The position numbers were made by a program, and so were the translations under genes. A stretch of 27,740 nucleotides of DNA from Bacteroidota bacterium (lineage in GTDB: Bacteria; Bacteroidota; Bacteroidia; Flavobacteriales_D; Crocinitomicaceae). Numbering within the stretch: the first letter of the stretch is position 1; every line of letters starts with the position of its first letter. Shown one piece after another: positions 16,326 to 24,115 of this stretch. The notes below the pieces were generated by a model, which saw only the letters and a program-made list of their open reading frames with translations, searched no databases and had not been told where the DNA came from. The DNA is taken from NCBI GenBank assembly GCA_024280195.1, contig JAJRQP010000309.1, positions 1 through 27,740 of the forward strand, given 5' to 3'.

Positions 16326-17550
16326 GTGCGTAGAATAAGTAAGAGATGAAAATAGCAGAAACGATTCCTATAAAATCTGCAATCAATCCTGCGGTAACTG
16401 CGTATCTTGTATTTCTAATTTTTACAGAACCAAAATAAACGGCGAGAACGTAGAAGGTTGTTTCGGTAGAGCCTTGGAAGGTTGCCGCAATCTTTTCTTG
16501 CATAGAATCGATGCCATAAGTATTCATGATCTCTATATATGCTCCTCTTGCACCGCTTCCACTTAAGGGTTTCATAAAGGCAACGGGTAGTGCGTCAATC
16601 CATTCTGTAACTGTAATGCCTCCATAGAGAGCGAGTGTTTTAATTCCGTCAAGTAATATGTCTAAAGTTCCAGATGCACGAAGTACTGCTATTGCTGCAA
16701 GCATCGCAATCAAATAGGGAATGATGCTAATAGCAACATTAAAACCATCCTTAGCTCCATCAATAAAGGACTCATAAACATTTACTTTTCTTATTGCTGC
16801 CAACAGAATAAAAGAAATGATGATAAGAAAAATAATAAGATTTCCTCCTACGTTAGAGATTACATCTCCTTGTTCTGGATGCTTGACAACGTAATAGAGT
16901 AATAATCCAATTAATATAGATGCCGTACCAACGTACGCAAGAACTACTTTGTTGAATAGATTTATTTTTTGTCTAATTGCAACGTAAATCAAACCGCCAA
17001 GTGATGCTAAAAATGTGGCAATTAAAATAGGTAAGAAAACAGCAGTTGGAGATTCAGAACCTGCACGGTAGGCAAATATTGAAACAGGTATAATTGTCAA
17101 TCCTGAAGTGTTTAGGACTAAGAACATTATTTGCGCATTGGACGCTGTTTCTTTATCTGGATTCAATTCTTGCAATTCTTTCATTGCTTTTAAGCCAAGT
17201 GGAGTAGCAGCATTATCCAGTCCCAGCATATTTGCGCTGAAATTCATCATCATTGAACCAACTGCAGGGTGGTCCCTAGGAACTTCAGGAAGTAAGCGAG
17301 AGAAAAGAGGTGAAACCAAGCGAGTTAATATTTTTACTGCGCCACCGTTTTCTCCAATTTTCATTATTCCCATCCAGAAACAGAGAACACCTGTAAGCCA
17401 CAAAGAAATTTCAAAACCAGTTTTAGCTGAATTCATCAATGCGTCAACAAGGTTTTTAAAAATGTCTAAGTCATGCCAGAAAATGAGTTTACTTGCCGCA
17501 ACAACAAATGCGATGAGAAACATTCCAATCCATATTCGATTTAAAATCAT
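16318..17550 (-). CDS. Fused SpmA/SpmB-like membrane protein (nucleoside recognition GATE domains)
   Basis: SpmA half: WMGIMKIGE and ANMLGLDNAATPLGLKAM. SpmB half: NVYESFIDGAKDGF, KPLSGSGA, GSTETTFYVLAVYFGSV. Confidence 0.9.
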   Translation of the reverse strand: MILNRIWIGMFLIAFVVAASKLIFWHDLDIFKNLVDALMNSAKTGFEISLWLTGVLCFWMGIMKIGENGGAVKILTRLVSPLFSRLLPEVPRDHPAVGSMMMNFSANMLGLDNAATPLGLKAMKELQELNPDKETASNAQIMFLVLNTSGLTIIPVSIFAYRAGSESPTAVFLPILIATFLASLGGLIYVAIRQKINLFNKVVLAYVGTASILIGLLLYYVVKHPEQGDVISNVGGNLIIFLIIISFILLAAIRKVNVYESFIDGAKDGFNVAISIIPYLIAMLAAIAVLRASGTLDILLDGIKTLALYGGITVTEWIDALPVAFMKPLSGSGARGAYIEIMNTYGIDSMQEKIAATFQGSTETTFYVLAVYFGSVKIRNTRYAVTAGLIADFIGIVSAIFISYLFYAHG

Positions 17551-17572
17551 AGTTCAAATATCAACAAATTAT

Positions 17573-17607
17573 TAATGGAGAATGAAGAACGAAGAATTAA
17601 TAATGAA
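17573..17607. repeat. Five degenerate heptamers (TAATGGA GAATGAA GAACGAA GAATTAA TAATGAA)
   Basis: Read directly, between the GATase stop and the spmAB start; pyrimidine-rich on the sense strand. Confidence 0.75.
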
Positions 17608-17620
17608 CATTGTGATGTTG

Positions 17621-18184
17621 TCAAGTCATTGTAACCTTTACAAAATTCTCAATCATCACTCTTCCGTGGTTTCCAGAAACTTCTGGATGGAATTGCACCC
17701 CAAAAATTACTTTCTCTTTGTGTTGCATGACTTCATTGACGCAAGTATCGGAAGAAGCAACCAATTCAAATCCTTCTGGAATCGAAATGCTTTCACAATG
17801 GTCTTCCATAATCTCTACTTCGTCAGGAAGTCGGTTGAATAAAGGGCAGTCTTCGTAAGTTTCAATTGTTTGCCAATCTCTATCTTCTTTCATGCGACTT
17901 GCAAAGGCACCGTGCATTAATCCAATTATTTGATGTCCGAAGCAAATACCAAGAATTGGTAATTCAGTTGTTTTTATCCAGTGTAGTTGCTTGATGTATG
18001 GAGTAGGATCAACTTCTGTCACTAAAATAGGTGCTCCAGAAATAATCACTCCAGCGATATTTTCTAAATCACTTTCTTTGAAGTCCAATAATTTTGCAGA
18101 TTTTACATCGATGAATTCATCAACAATCTCTTCGATGTATTTGGTTTTGTTGCTGCCGCAATCTATTACAAGAATTTTATTCAT
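17621..18184 (-). CDS. Stand-alone class I glutamine amidotransferase (GuaA N-domain-like)
   Basis: KILVIDCGS, GVIISGAP, PILGICFGHQ (Cys nucleophile), QFHPEV (His-Glu); 187 aa with no synthase domain. Confidence 0.9.
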   Translation of the reverse strand: MNKILVIDCGSNKTKYIEEIVDEFIDVKSAKLLDFKESDLENIAGVIISGAPILVTEVDPTPYIKQLHWIKTTELPILGICFGHQIIGLMHGAFASRMKEDRDWQTIETYEDCPLFNRLPDEVEIMEDHCESISIPEGFELVASSDTCVNEVMQHKEKVIFGVQFHPEVSGNHGRVMIENFVKVTMT

Positions 18185-18215
18185 TTTATTTGATTAACTT
18201 TCATCTAACACTTTT

Positions 18216-18263
18216 CACAGAGAACCACAGAGAACCACAGAGAAGTCACAGAGGTTCGCAGAG
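18216..18263. repeat. Five phased CACAGAG motifs, period 10-11 bp
   Basis: Starts at 18216, 18226, 18236, 18247 and 18257 (last copy CGCAGAG). Confidence 0.92.
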
Positions 18264-18309
18264 CTATGATGTGATTTTCTTTTCACTTTTCAACTCATCA
18301 CTCATCACG

Positions 18310-18404
18310 CTAACAAAAGTCTACTTCCATAATCCATAATCCATAATTCTAACAAGAGTCTACTTCACCTTTCATCACTCATCACGCTAACAAGAGTCTA
18401 CTTC
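18310..18404. repeat. 18-bp direct repeat x3 (CTAACAAGAGTCTACTTC) with 21- and 20-bp spacers
   Basis: Copies at 18310-18327 (1 mismatch), 18349-18366 and 18387-18404. Confidence 0.95.
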
Positions 18405-18416
18405 ACTTTTCATCTT

Positions 18417-19028
18417 TTAATTAATAACCCCAATTCCCTGCCTCACAATTTCAACCCCATCAATGCAATTCACAATTGTTGAAACTTCTAATAAGCCTTT
18501 TCCTCCGTCGATGATTAAGTCAACTTCGCTGTCAAAACGTTCGTATATCACAAATGGATCTATGAAATAATCTTTGATTTCATCTTCTGAATCATGTAAA
18601 GAGGTTGTTGCCACTGGATTGCCTAATTCTTTTACAATCTCTAAGATAATATTATTGTCAGGTATCCTAATTCCGATTTCTTTTCTATTCGTATCGAAAC
18701 GTCGAGGAACTTCATTGGTTGCAGTCAAAATAAAAGTGAAGGGGCCAGGCAATGACTTGTTTAGTAATTTATACGTCGGTCTATCGATGTGTTTAACATA
18801 GTCGGAAATTTGACTCAGGTCTTGACAGATAATTGAAAAGTTGGCTTTTTTTAATTTCACACCTTTGTAGGTTGCCAATGTGTTTAGCGCTTTTTTATTG
18901 TTCAAATCACAACCTATGGCATAAACAGTGTCAGTAGGGAAGATGATTAAACCTCCTTTGCGAAGAATGTCAATGGCTTGCTGAATGATTCTTTGGTCTA
19001 TATTGTCAGGATTGATTTCTATGAACAT
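18417..19028 (-). CDS. Sua5/YciO/YrdC family protein (threonylcarbamoyl-AMP synthase fold, YciO-like)
   Basis: IIFPTDTVYAIGC, LPGPFTFIL, IGIRIPDN, IIDGG..STIV. Confidence 0.9.
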   Translation of the reverse strand: MFIEINPDNIDQRIIQQAIDILRKGGLIIFPTDTVYAIGCDLNNKKALNTLATYKGVKLKKANFSIICQDLSQISDYVKHIDRPTYKLLNKSLPGPFTFILTATNEVPRRFDTNRKEIGIRIPDNNIILEIVKELGNPVATTSLHDSEDEIKDYFIDPFVIYERFDSEVDLIIDGGKGLLEVSTIVNCIDGVEIVRQGIGVIN

Positions 19029-19121
19029 GAGTTTATTTTAAACTAAAGATAATGATTAATGTTTAATTTGTTTGAGGATGAAGAAAAGATTATCCGTGCA
19101 TCCGTGGTTAAGATTTCTCCA

Positions 19122-20243
19122 TCACTTTTTAAATACGCTGCAATCAATCGCATAGTGGTCACTTAATTCTTGCTCCTGAATGTTAAATTCTCTTGAACCT
19201 AACTCTGAAGAATGAAAAATATAATCGATTCTACCAATAGGTAACTTCCCAGCATAGGTTGCGCCAATGCCAAAAGAGGTGTTTCTAAATGCATCTGTGA
19301 GTTGTTGGGAGAATTGGTCGTAAACATAAGACATAGGAGTGTCGTTAAAGTCGCCACAAACAACTACAGGATGCGGAGAACTTTGAATATGTTGGTTTAC
19401 TTGAATTGCTTGTTTTGCTCGTAAAGGGTAGGCTTTTCGAACTTTTCGCATCAGTTTTAACAGTCTTGTTTGTTTTTCTTCTGAATCATTTATTTGATTA
19501 TCAATGAGTTCGTATTCTTCTTCGTTGAATCGAATGGATTGCAGGTGGATATTATAGATTCTAAATGTATCCTGTTCTTTTACGATATCTGTATAAATGC
19601 AATAGTTGAAGCTTTTCTCTTGGTTATCGAAAGTGACATTCCCTTTTTCGATGATGGGGTATTTGGAGAAAATGGCAACACCAAAGTTTTGCCTTCCCGT
19701 TATTCTGTGAGAGTATCTTTCGTAAGAATCAACGGAATGTAGAATTTGAATAATAGAATCTTTGGTCACAAACTTCGTTGGCTTGTCTTGTTTGTAGAAT
19801 TCTTGAAAACAAACGACTTCTGGTTGTTTATTGCGCAGGAAATTAAAAATCTTCTCTTTTTTGAGGTAGTTATTCTTTCTGTCAGAAGCATAAAGGTCGA
19901 ATAGACGGACATTGTAACTCATAACATGTAATTCTGTTCTTTCGTTATTGGTGTTGCTGTCATCAGATCCGAAAGAAAAGCTTCTAAAATGCAATGTTCC
20001 TCCTAGTAGTAGTGCGATTATGAAAAACCATTTCCATTTTGATTGCAAGAATATCCAAAAGAGAAGAAGGAGGATATTGCCCAAAACAATGAAGTTGTAT
20101 CCTAGTGCAAAGAAAGGGACAAATGAATTGATTTTTGGTTCAGAATAGGGGCCTAGATAGCTTAAAAGCAAAGATAGAATAGCAAAAAAAGAGAGGATGC
20201 CGAGAAAAAATCTCCAATGAAATATTTTCTTAACCCAGCGCAA
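19122..20243 (-). CDS. Endonuclease/exonuclease/phosphatase (EEP) family protein with N-terminal TM helices
   Basis: VMSYNVRLF, VCFQEF, AIFSKYPI, NIHLQS, CGDFND, IDYIF, SDHYAI; TTG start 3 nt after the rhomboid stop. Confidence 0.9.
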   Translation of the reverse strand: MRWVKKIFHWRFFLGILSFFAILSLLLSYLGPYSEPKINSFVPFFALGYNFIVLGNILLLLFWIFLQSKWKWFFIIALLLGGTLHFRSFSFGSDDSNTNNERTELHVMSYNVRLFDLYASDRKNNYLKKEKIFNFLRNKQPEVVCFQEFYKQDKPTKFVTKDSIIQILHSVDSYERYSHRITGRQNFGVAIFSKYPIIEKGNVTFDNQEKSFNYCIYTDIVKEQDTFRIYNIHLQSIRFNEEEYELIDNQINDSEEKQTRLLKLMRKVRKAYPLRAKQAIQVNQHIQSSPHPVVVCGDFNDTPMSYVYDQFSQQLTDAFRNTSFGIGATYAGKLPIGRIDYIFHSSELGSREFNIQEQELSDHYAIDCSVFKK

Positions 20244-20246
20244 TGT

Positions 20247-21161
20247 CTATCTTTTACTTTGATTGAAAAGAACCTCTTTCTCTTTCTTGCTCAATGATTC
20301 GTAACCTGATTTAGAGATTTTATCAAGAATTTTATCAATGATTTCTTGCTTCTTCTTCTTGTCAAGGTTGTAATCTTCATCCGACTTATTTCTTGCTGTC
20401 CGTCCACCTTTTTTGACTTTCATTTTAGGCTTTTTATTCTTAGAGAAGAACTGGAGAATACCATTCATAAAACCTTGAGAAAGTGTAACGATGTTATTTG
20501 AGGCGTGTACATTTTGAATAGACCAAACACCCAGTATAGCTCCACCTAAATGTGCAAAATGCGCGGTATTATCACCAGAAGTTAGGTTGAATAAATCCAT
20601 GAGAATAAATGCCAATGCTAAGAAGATGATTTTAACAGAGAAAAATCCAAAAAGATTAACCTTTGTGTTGGGACGATAGAATGCAATGGCAATAAAAATA
20701 GCCATGATTGAACCGGATGCTCCAACAACCATATCATTCGACATTTGCAACTTTGGAAATACAGCGTGCGCAATAACTTCGAGCAGTCCTCCAAGAATTC
20801 CACCAAGAATGTAGGTTGCAAGCAATCGTTTGGCGCTAAATAGTTGTTCAAACAGTTTCCCTGCGAAATAAAGGAAAAGCATGTTCCAGAAAAGATGCAT
20901 CAAATCGTAATGCGTGAACATATAAGTAAACAACGTCCAAGGATGTGTTAAGAATGGAACGAGTTGCGTATGCAGTCCAAAGAAAGGATTAATGAAGACA
21001 TCAATGAACGCAAAGCTAGACGATCCAAGAAGTTCTGAAAATATGTCTAAAACACGAATACCAAGAAAAAGGACTACATTGATGAATATCAATTGAATCG
21101 TCATGCCTCCATGCTTGACTTGATGCTTGATGCTGTCTATGAAAGTAGGTTGTGTTTGCAT
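20247..21161 (-). CDS. Rhomboid intramembrane serine protease (second copy) with soluble C-terminal extension
   Basis: MFTHYDLMHLFWNM, VGASGS and AHFAHLGGA; C-terminal IDKILDKISKSGYESLS. Start placed at ATG 21161, 1 nt after the upstream stop. Confidence 0.9.
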   Translation of the reverse strand: MQTQPTFIDSIKHQVKHGGMTIQLIFINVVLFLGIRVLDIFSELLGSSSFAFIDVFINPFFGLHTQLVPFLTHPWTLFTYMFTHYDLMHLFWNMLFLYFAGKLFEQLFSAKRLLATYILGGILGGLLEVIAHAVFPKLQMSNDMVVGASGSIMAIFIAIAFYRPNTKVNLFGFFSVKIIFLALAFILMDLFNLTSGDNTAHFAHLGGAILGVWSIQNVHASNNIVTLSQGFMNGILQFFSKNKKPKMKVKKGGRTARNKSDEDYNLDKKKKQEIIDKILDKISKSGYESLSKKEKEVLFNQSKR

Positions 21162-21162
21162 G

Positions 21163-21912
21163 TTAATAGAAGTTTTTACGGTCTTTTTTCTTCCACACCA
21201 AAACGAGGATGGCTCCAACTATTGCTCCTCCAACATGTGCTAAGTGAGCGACTGTATCTCCAGGTTTGTAGATGCTATTGTATATCTCAAATGCGATGTA
21301 CCCTCCAATGAGGTATTTTGCTTTGACTGGAATGGGAGGAAAAATTAGCATTAATTCTGTATTAGGAAAGAGGAGCGCAAATCCTGCTAAAAGACCAAAT
21401 ATTGCTCCTGATGCACCAACAAGAGTGCTAAAATTATAATCTACGTACTGTTGAATGATTATTTGACTTGCATCCGAATGAATTTTAATGGCTTCAAAGT
21501 TTTGTGCTGCTATTTGGTGATTGAGTTCTGTTAAGTCATAACCATCAGCAATGATCGCATTCTTCAATTCAAATATGTTATATACGCCAATTGAAGAATA
21601 AAGAATGTATGCTCCCAACCCACTTGCGATATAAAAAATAAAATAACGTTTTGCTCCCCAAATTCTTTCTAGGTGGGCTCCAAACATAAATAAAAGTAAC
21701 ATGTTAAAAATGATATGCATTGGGTCAACAAGACTGTGCATGAACATGTGAGTTATAACTTGGTAGGGCTCAAAAAAAACTGTTCCAAAGTAATGAGTAC
21801 CTAATAGGTTATTCATGTCGTAGCCCTTTGAAGATAAAAGCAAAGACCCTAAGTAGAATAATACATTTAGAATCAATAAGTTTTTGGTGACTGGCGGAAT
21901 ATTTCTAAACAT
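21163..21912 (-). CDS. Rhomboid intramembrane serine protease (first copy)
   Basis: THMFMH..MHIIFNM, VGASGAIFG and AHLAHVGGA. Start placed at ATG 21912 (MFRNIPPVTKNLL), 1 nt after the mutL stop. Confidence 0.9.
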   Translation of the reverse strand: MFRNIPPVTKNLLILNVLFYLGSLLLSSKGYDMNNLLGTHYFGTVFFEPYQVITHMFMHSLVDPMHIIFNMLLLFMFGAHLERIWGAKRYFIFYIASGLGAYILYSSIGVYNIFELKNAIIADGYDLTELNHQIAAQNFEAIKIHSDASQIIIQQYVDYNFSTLVGASGAIFGLLAGFALLFPNTELMLIFPPIPVKAKYLIGGYIAFEIYNSIYKPGDTVAHLAHVGGAIVGAILVLVWKKKDRKNFY

Positions 21913-21913
21913 G

Positions 21914-23761
21914 CTAAGCAAATTTGTAAGCAATCTCATCCAGTGAAATTGTCTCGATTATTTTTTTATTTCTTGGAGAATAGACGTGGTTCTCACATTG
22001 GAATAATTGGTCTATCAATCCTTGAATGGATTCATTGGTTGATAAGTTTAAATTCTTCATAGAAGCAGATTTAGCAATAGACGCTATAAATGCATGGGCA
22101 ATTTCTCCTTTTTCGATATCTTGATAAGCCAGTGTTGCAAAAAGCTCGTCGATTGCTCGGGAAATGGATTCTTCTTGCAAGACAGCTGGGACAGATTTTA
22201 AGTGTAGAATTCCGTCTTTAATTTCTCCGTCAAAACCGAGTTGTTTAAGGAGCGATTGATTCTCTGTCCAATAGTTAACCTCGTTAGACGAAATTTCTTT
22301 CTCAATTGGAAATAAAAGTGATTGAGAATCTATCGGGTTGGAAACAAATCGATTAGAGGTGTCAGTGTAAACTATTTGTTCAATTGCTCTTCTTGCGTGA
22401 ATGAGCATTAATCCAGATTTGCTCGAAGAGATAATGTAGTTGCCCTTAATAATGAAAGTTGTTTCAGATTCTTTGAAATCTTCAAAAGGAATTGCATTAT
22501 TTTCTTCTTCAATTGGTGACTCATCTTCTATTTTGTAGAAGTTTGCCCAGTCGGCAGAATCTGTCTCTTTAGAACCAAATCCTTGATCCATGATTGCTTT
22601 TGAGAAATTATCTTTTGCTTTTCCTGTTCCACTAGAAGTTGACTTGGTAGTCGTTGCGAAAGGATTAAAATTATCATTCACTCTGATGGTAGGTTCTACA
22701 GGAGTTTGTTTCCTCATTCCTAAAGGTAAGTCAAAACTAGTTTCTCGCTCAAAGTCTAAGGAGGGAGCAATGTTATATTTCCCTAAGGATAAGCGAATGC
22801 TACTCAAAAGAATCGAGTAAATGAATTTTTCTTCTTCAAACTTAATTTCTGTCTTTGTTGGATGCACGTTAACATCAATCTTTTGTGGATCTACATCTAG
22901 GTATAAAAAGTAACCTGGGAATTTCCCGTGCTGTACCATCCCTTCAAATGCTTTCGTGATCGCATGATTGAAATAAGCGCTTTTAAAATACCTGTCATTG
23001 ACAAAAAAGAATTGATTTCCTCTGGATTTTTTTGCGTGTTCAGGCTTAAGAACAAAACCTTTTAGTTGCACAATCTCCGTGCTTTCCTCAATAGGAACCA
23101 GTCTGTCGTTAAAATTTGTTCCTAGAATATTGACAATTCTTTTTCTTAAAATAGCAGAAGGAAGGTTGTAGACCTCTGATTCGTTATGTTTTAATGTCAA
23201 GTGAATGTCTGGGTGCGATAAGGCAATCCGTTCAAATTCATCTTGAATGTGTTTAAATTCTGTGCTGTCTTTCTTTAGAAAATTTCTTCTCGCAGGAACG
23301 TTGTAGAATAGGTTCTTAATTTCAAAAGAAGTTCCTTGTGGGCAAACAGTATCTTCATTGAGTTTTATTTCACTGCCTTCTATGAGAATTTTTCTTCCTG
23401 TTTCAGCATCGGCTGTTTTTGTTCTCATTTCTACGTGAGCAATCGCTGCGACTGATGCCAATGCTTCTCCTCGAAAACCTTTTGTGGTTAAAGAAAATAA
23501 ATCGTCTGCCGTTCGTATTTTACTCGTTGCATGGCGTTTAAAGCAAAGTACAGCATCGGCTTCAGACATGCCTTTTCCGTTGTCAACAACTTGGATTAAA
23601 GTTTTTCCTGCATCTTTAATGTTGATGTCAATTTTAGTTGCTCCTGCATCAATGGCATTCTCCATTAATTCTTTAACCACAGAGGCTGGACGCTGAATAA
23701 CTTCTCCAGCTGCAATTTGATTTGCGATGTTATCGGGTAATAATTGTATAAAATCACTCAT
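21914..23761 (-). CDS. mutL: DNA mismatch repair protein MutL
   Basis: NQIAAGEVIQRPASVVKELMENAIDAGA, DNGKGM, RHATSKI, GFRGEALAS, VDVNVHPTKTEIKF-type motif. Confidence 0.97.
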   Translation of the reverse strand: MSDFIQLLPDNIANQIAAGEVIQRPASVVKELMENAIDAGATKIDINIKDAGKTLIQVVDNGKGMSEADAVLCFKRHATSKIRTADDLFSLTTKGFRGEALASVAAIAHVEMRTKTADAETGRKILIEGSEIKLNEDTVCPQGTSFEIKNLFYNVPARRNFLKKDSTEFKHIQDEFERIALSHPDIHLTLKHNESEVYNLPSAILRKRIVNILGTNFNDRLVPIEESTEIVQLKGFVLKPEHAKKSRGNQFFFVNDRYFKSAYFNHAITKAFEGMVQHGKFPGYFLYLDVDPQKIDVNVHPTKTEIKFEEEKFIYSILLSSIRLSLGKYNIAPSLDFERETSFDLPLGMRKQTPVEPTIRVNDNFNPFATTTKSTSSGTGKAKDNFSKAIMDQGFGSKETDSADWANFYKIEDESPIEEENNAIPFEDFKESETTFIIKGNYIISSSKSGLMLIHARRAIEQIVYTDTSNRFVSNPIDSQSLLFPIEKEISSNEVNYWTENQSLLKQLGFDGEIKDGILHLKSVPAVLQEESISRAIDELFATLAYQDIEKGEIAHAFIASIAKSASMKNLNLSTNESIQGLIDQLFQCENHVYSPRNKKIIETISLDEIAYKFA

Positions 23762-23768
23762 CTTCTTC

Positions 23769-24092
23769 TTACCACAATTTTTTTACAACTGTATCTACTT
23801 CATCTACACCGTTAAAGATAAAATAACCCAACACTAAAATGATTACAATCAACAGCATAACTCTAAAGTTAGATGTTCTATTTGTATTTTGTCTGTGTTG
23901 AGCACGACTCCATTCTCCTTGCAAGTTCTCTTTGAAAATTTCTTTTATTCTATCGTCAGAAACGTCAGACTTTTCCAATTCTTCGTACTGTTTTTTCTTT
24001 GCGCGTAATCGTTCTTTCCTTTCGTCGTAATAACGTGGGTTGTATTGATATCGCTGATGCGAAACAGTTTTATTTAAGAATCTTATTTTCAT
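23769..24092 (-). CDS. Small membrane-anchored hypothetical protein upstream of mutL
   Basis: 107 aa with a YQYNPRYYDERKE N-terminal motif, a coiled segment and a C-terminal TM; 7-nt gap to mutL. Confidence 0.75.
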   Translation of the reverse strand: MKIRFLNKTVSHQRYQYNPRYYDERKERLRAKKKQYEELEKSDVSDDRIKEIFKENLQGEWSRAQHRQNTNRTSNFRVMLLIVIILVLGYFIFNGVDEVDTVVKKLW

Positions 24093-24107
24093 TGATGTTG
24101 TCTATTA

Positions 24108-24115
24108 CAAACATA
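24108..24115 (-). promoter_or_regulatory. -7 promoter element for the hypothetical-mutL operon
   Basis: Minus-strand TATGTTTG (plus CAAACATA) 15 nt upstream of ATG 24092. Confidence 0.6.

Noticed and set aside
16318-17550. Sporulation system implied by SpmA/SpmB
   Set aside because: Fused SpmAB homologs are common in non-sporulating bacteria, and no other sporulation genes are present.
17582-17842. 86-aa plus-strand ORF starting MKNEELIMN
   Set aside because: Its start derives from the GAATGAA heptamers and it runs antisense to the GATase.
18310-18404. CRISPR array call for the 18-bp repeat x3
   Set aside because: The repeat is too short, the spacers are low-complexity and partly duplicated, and there is no cas gene or leader. 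Kept as a non-CRISPR repeat finding.
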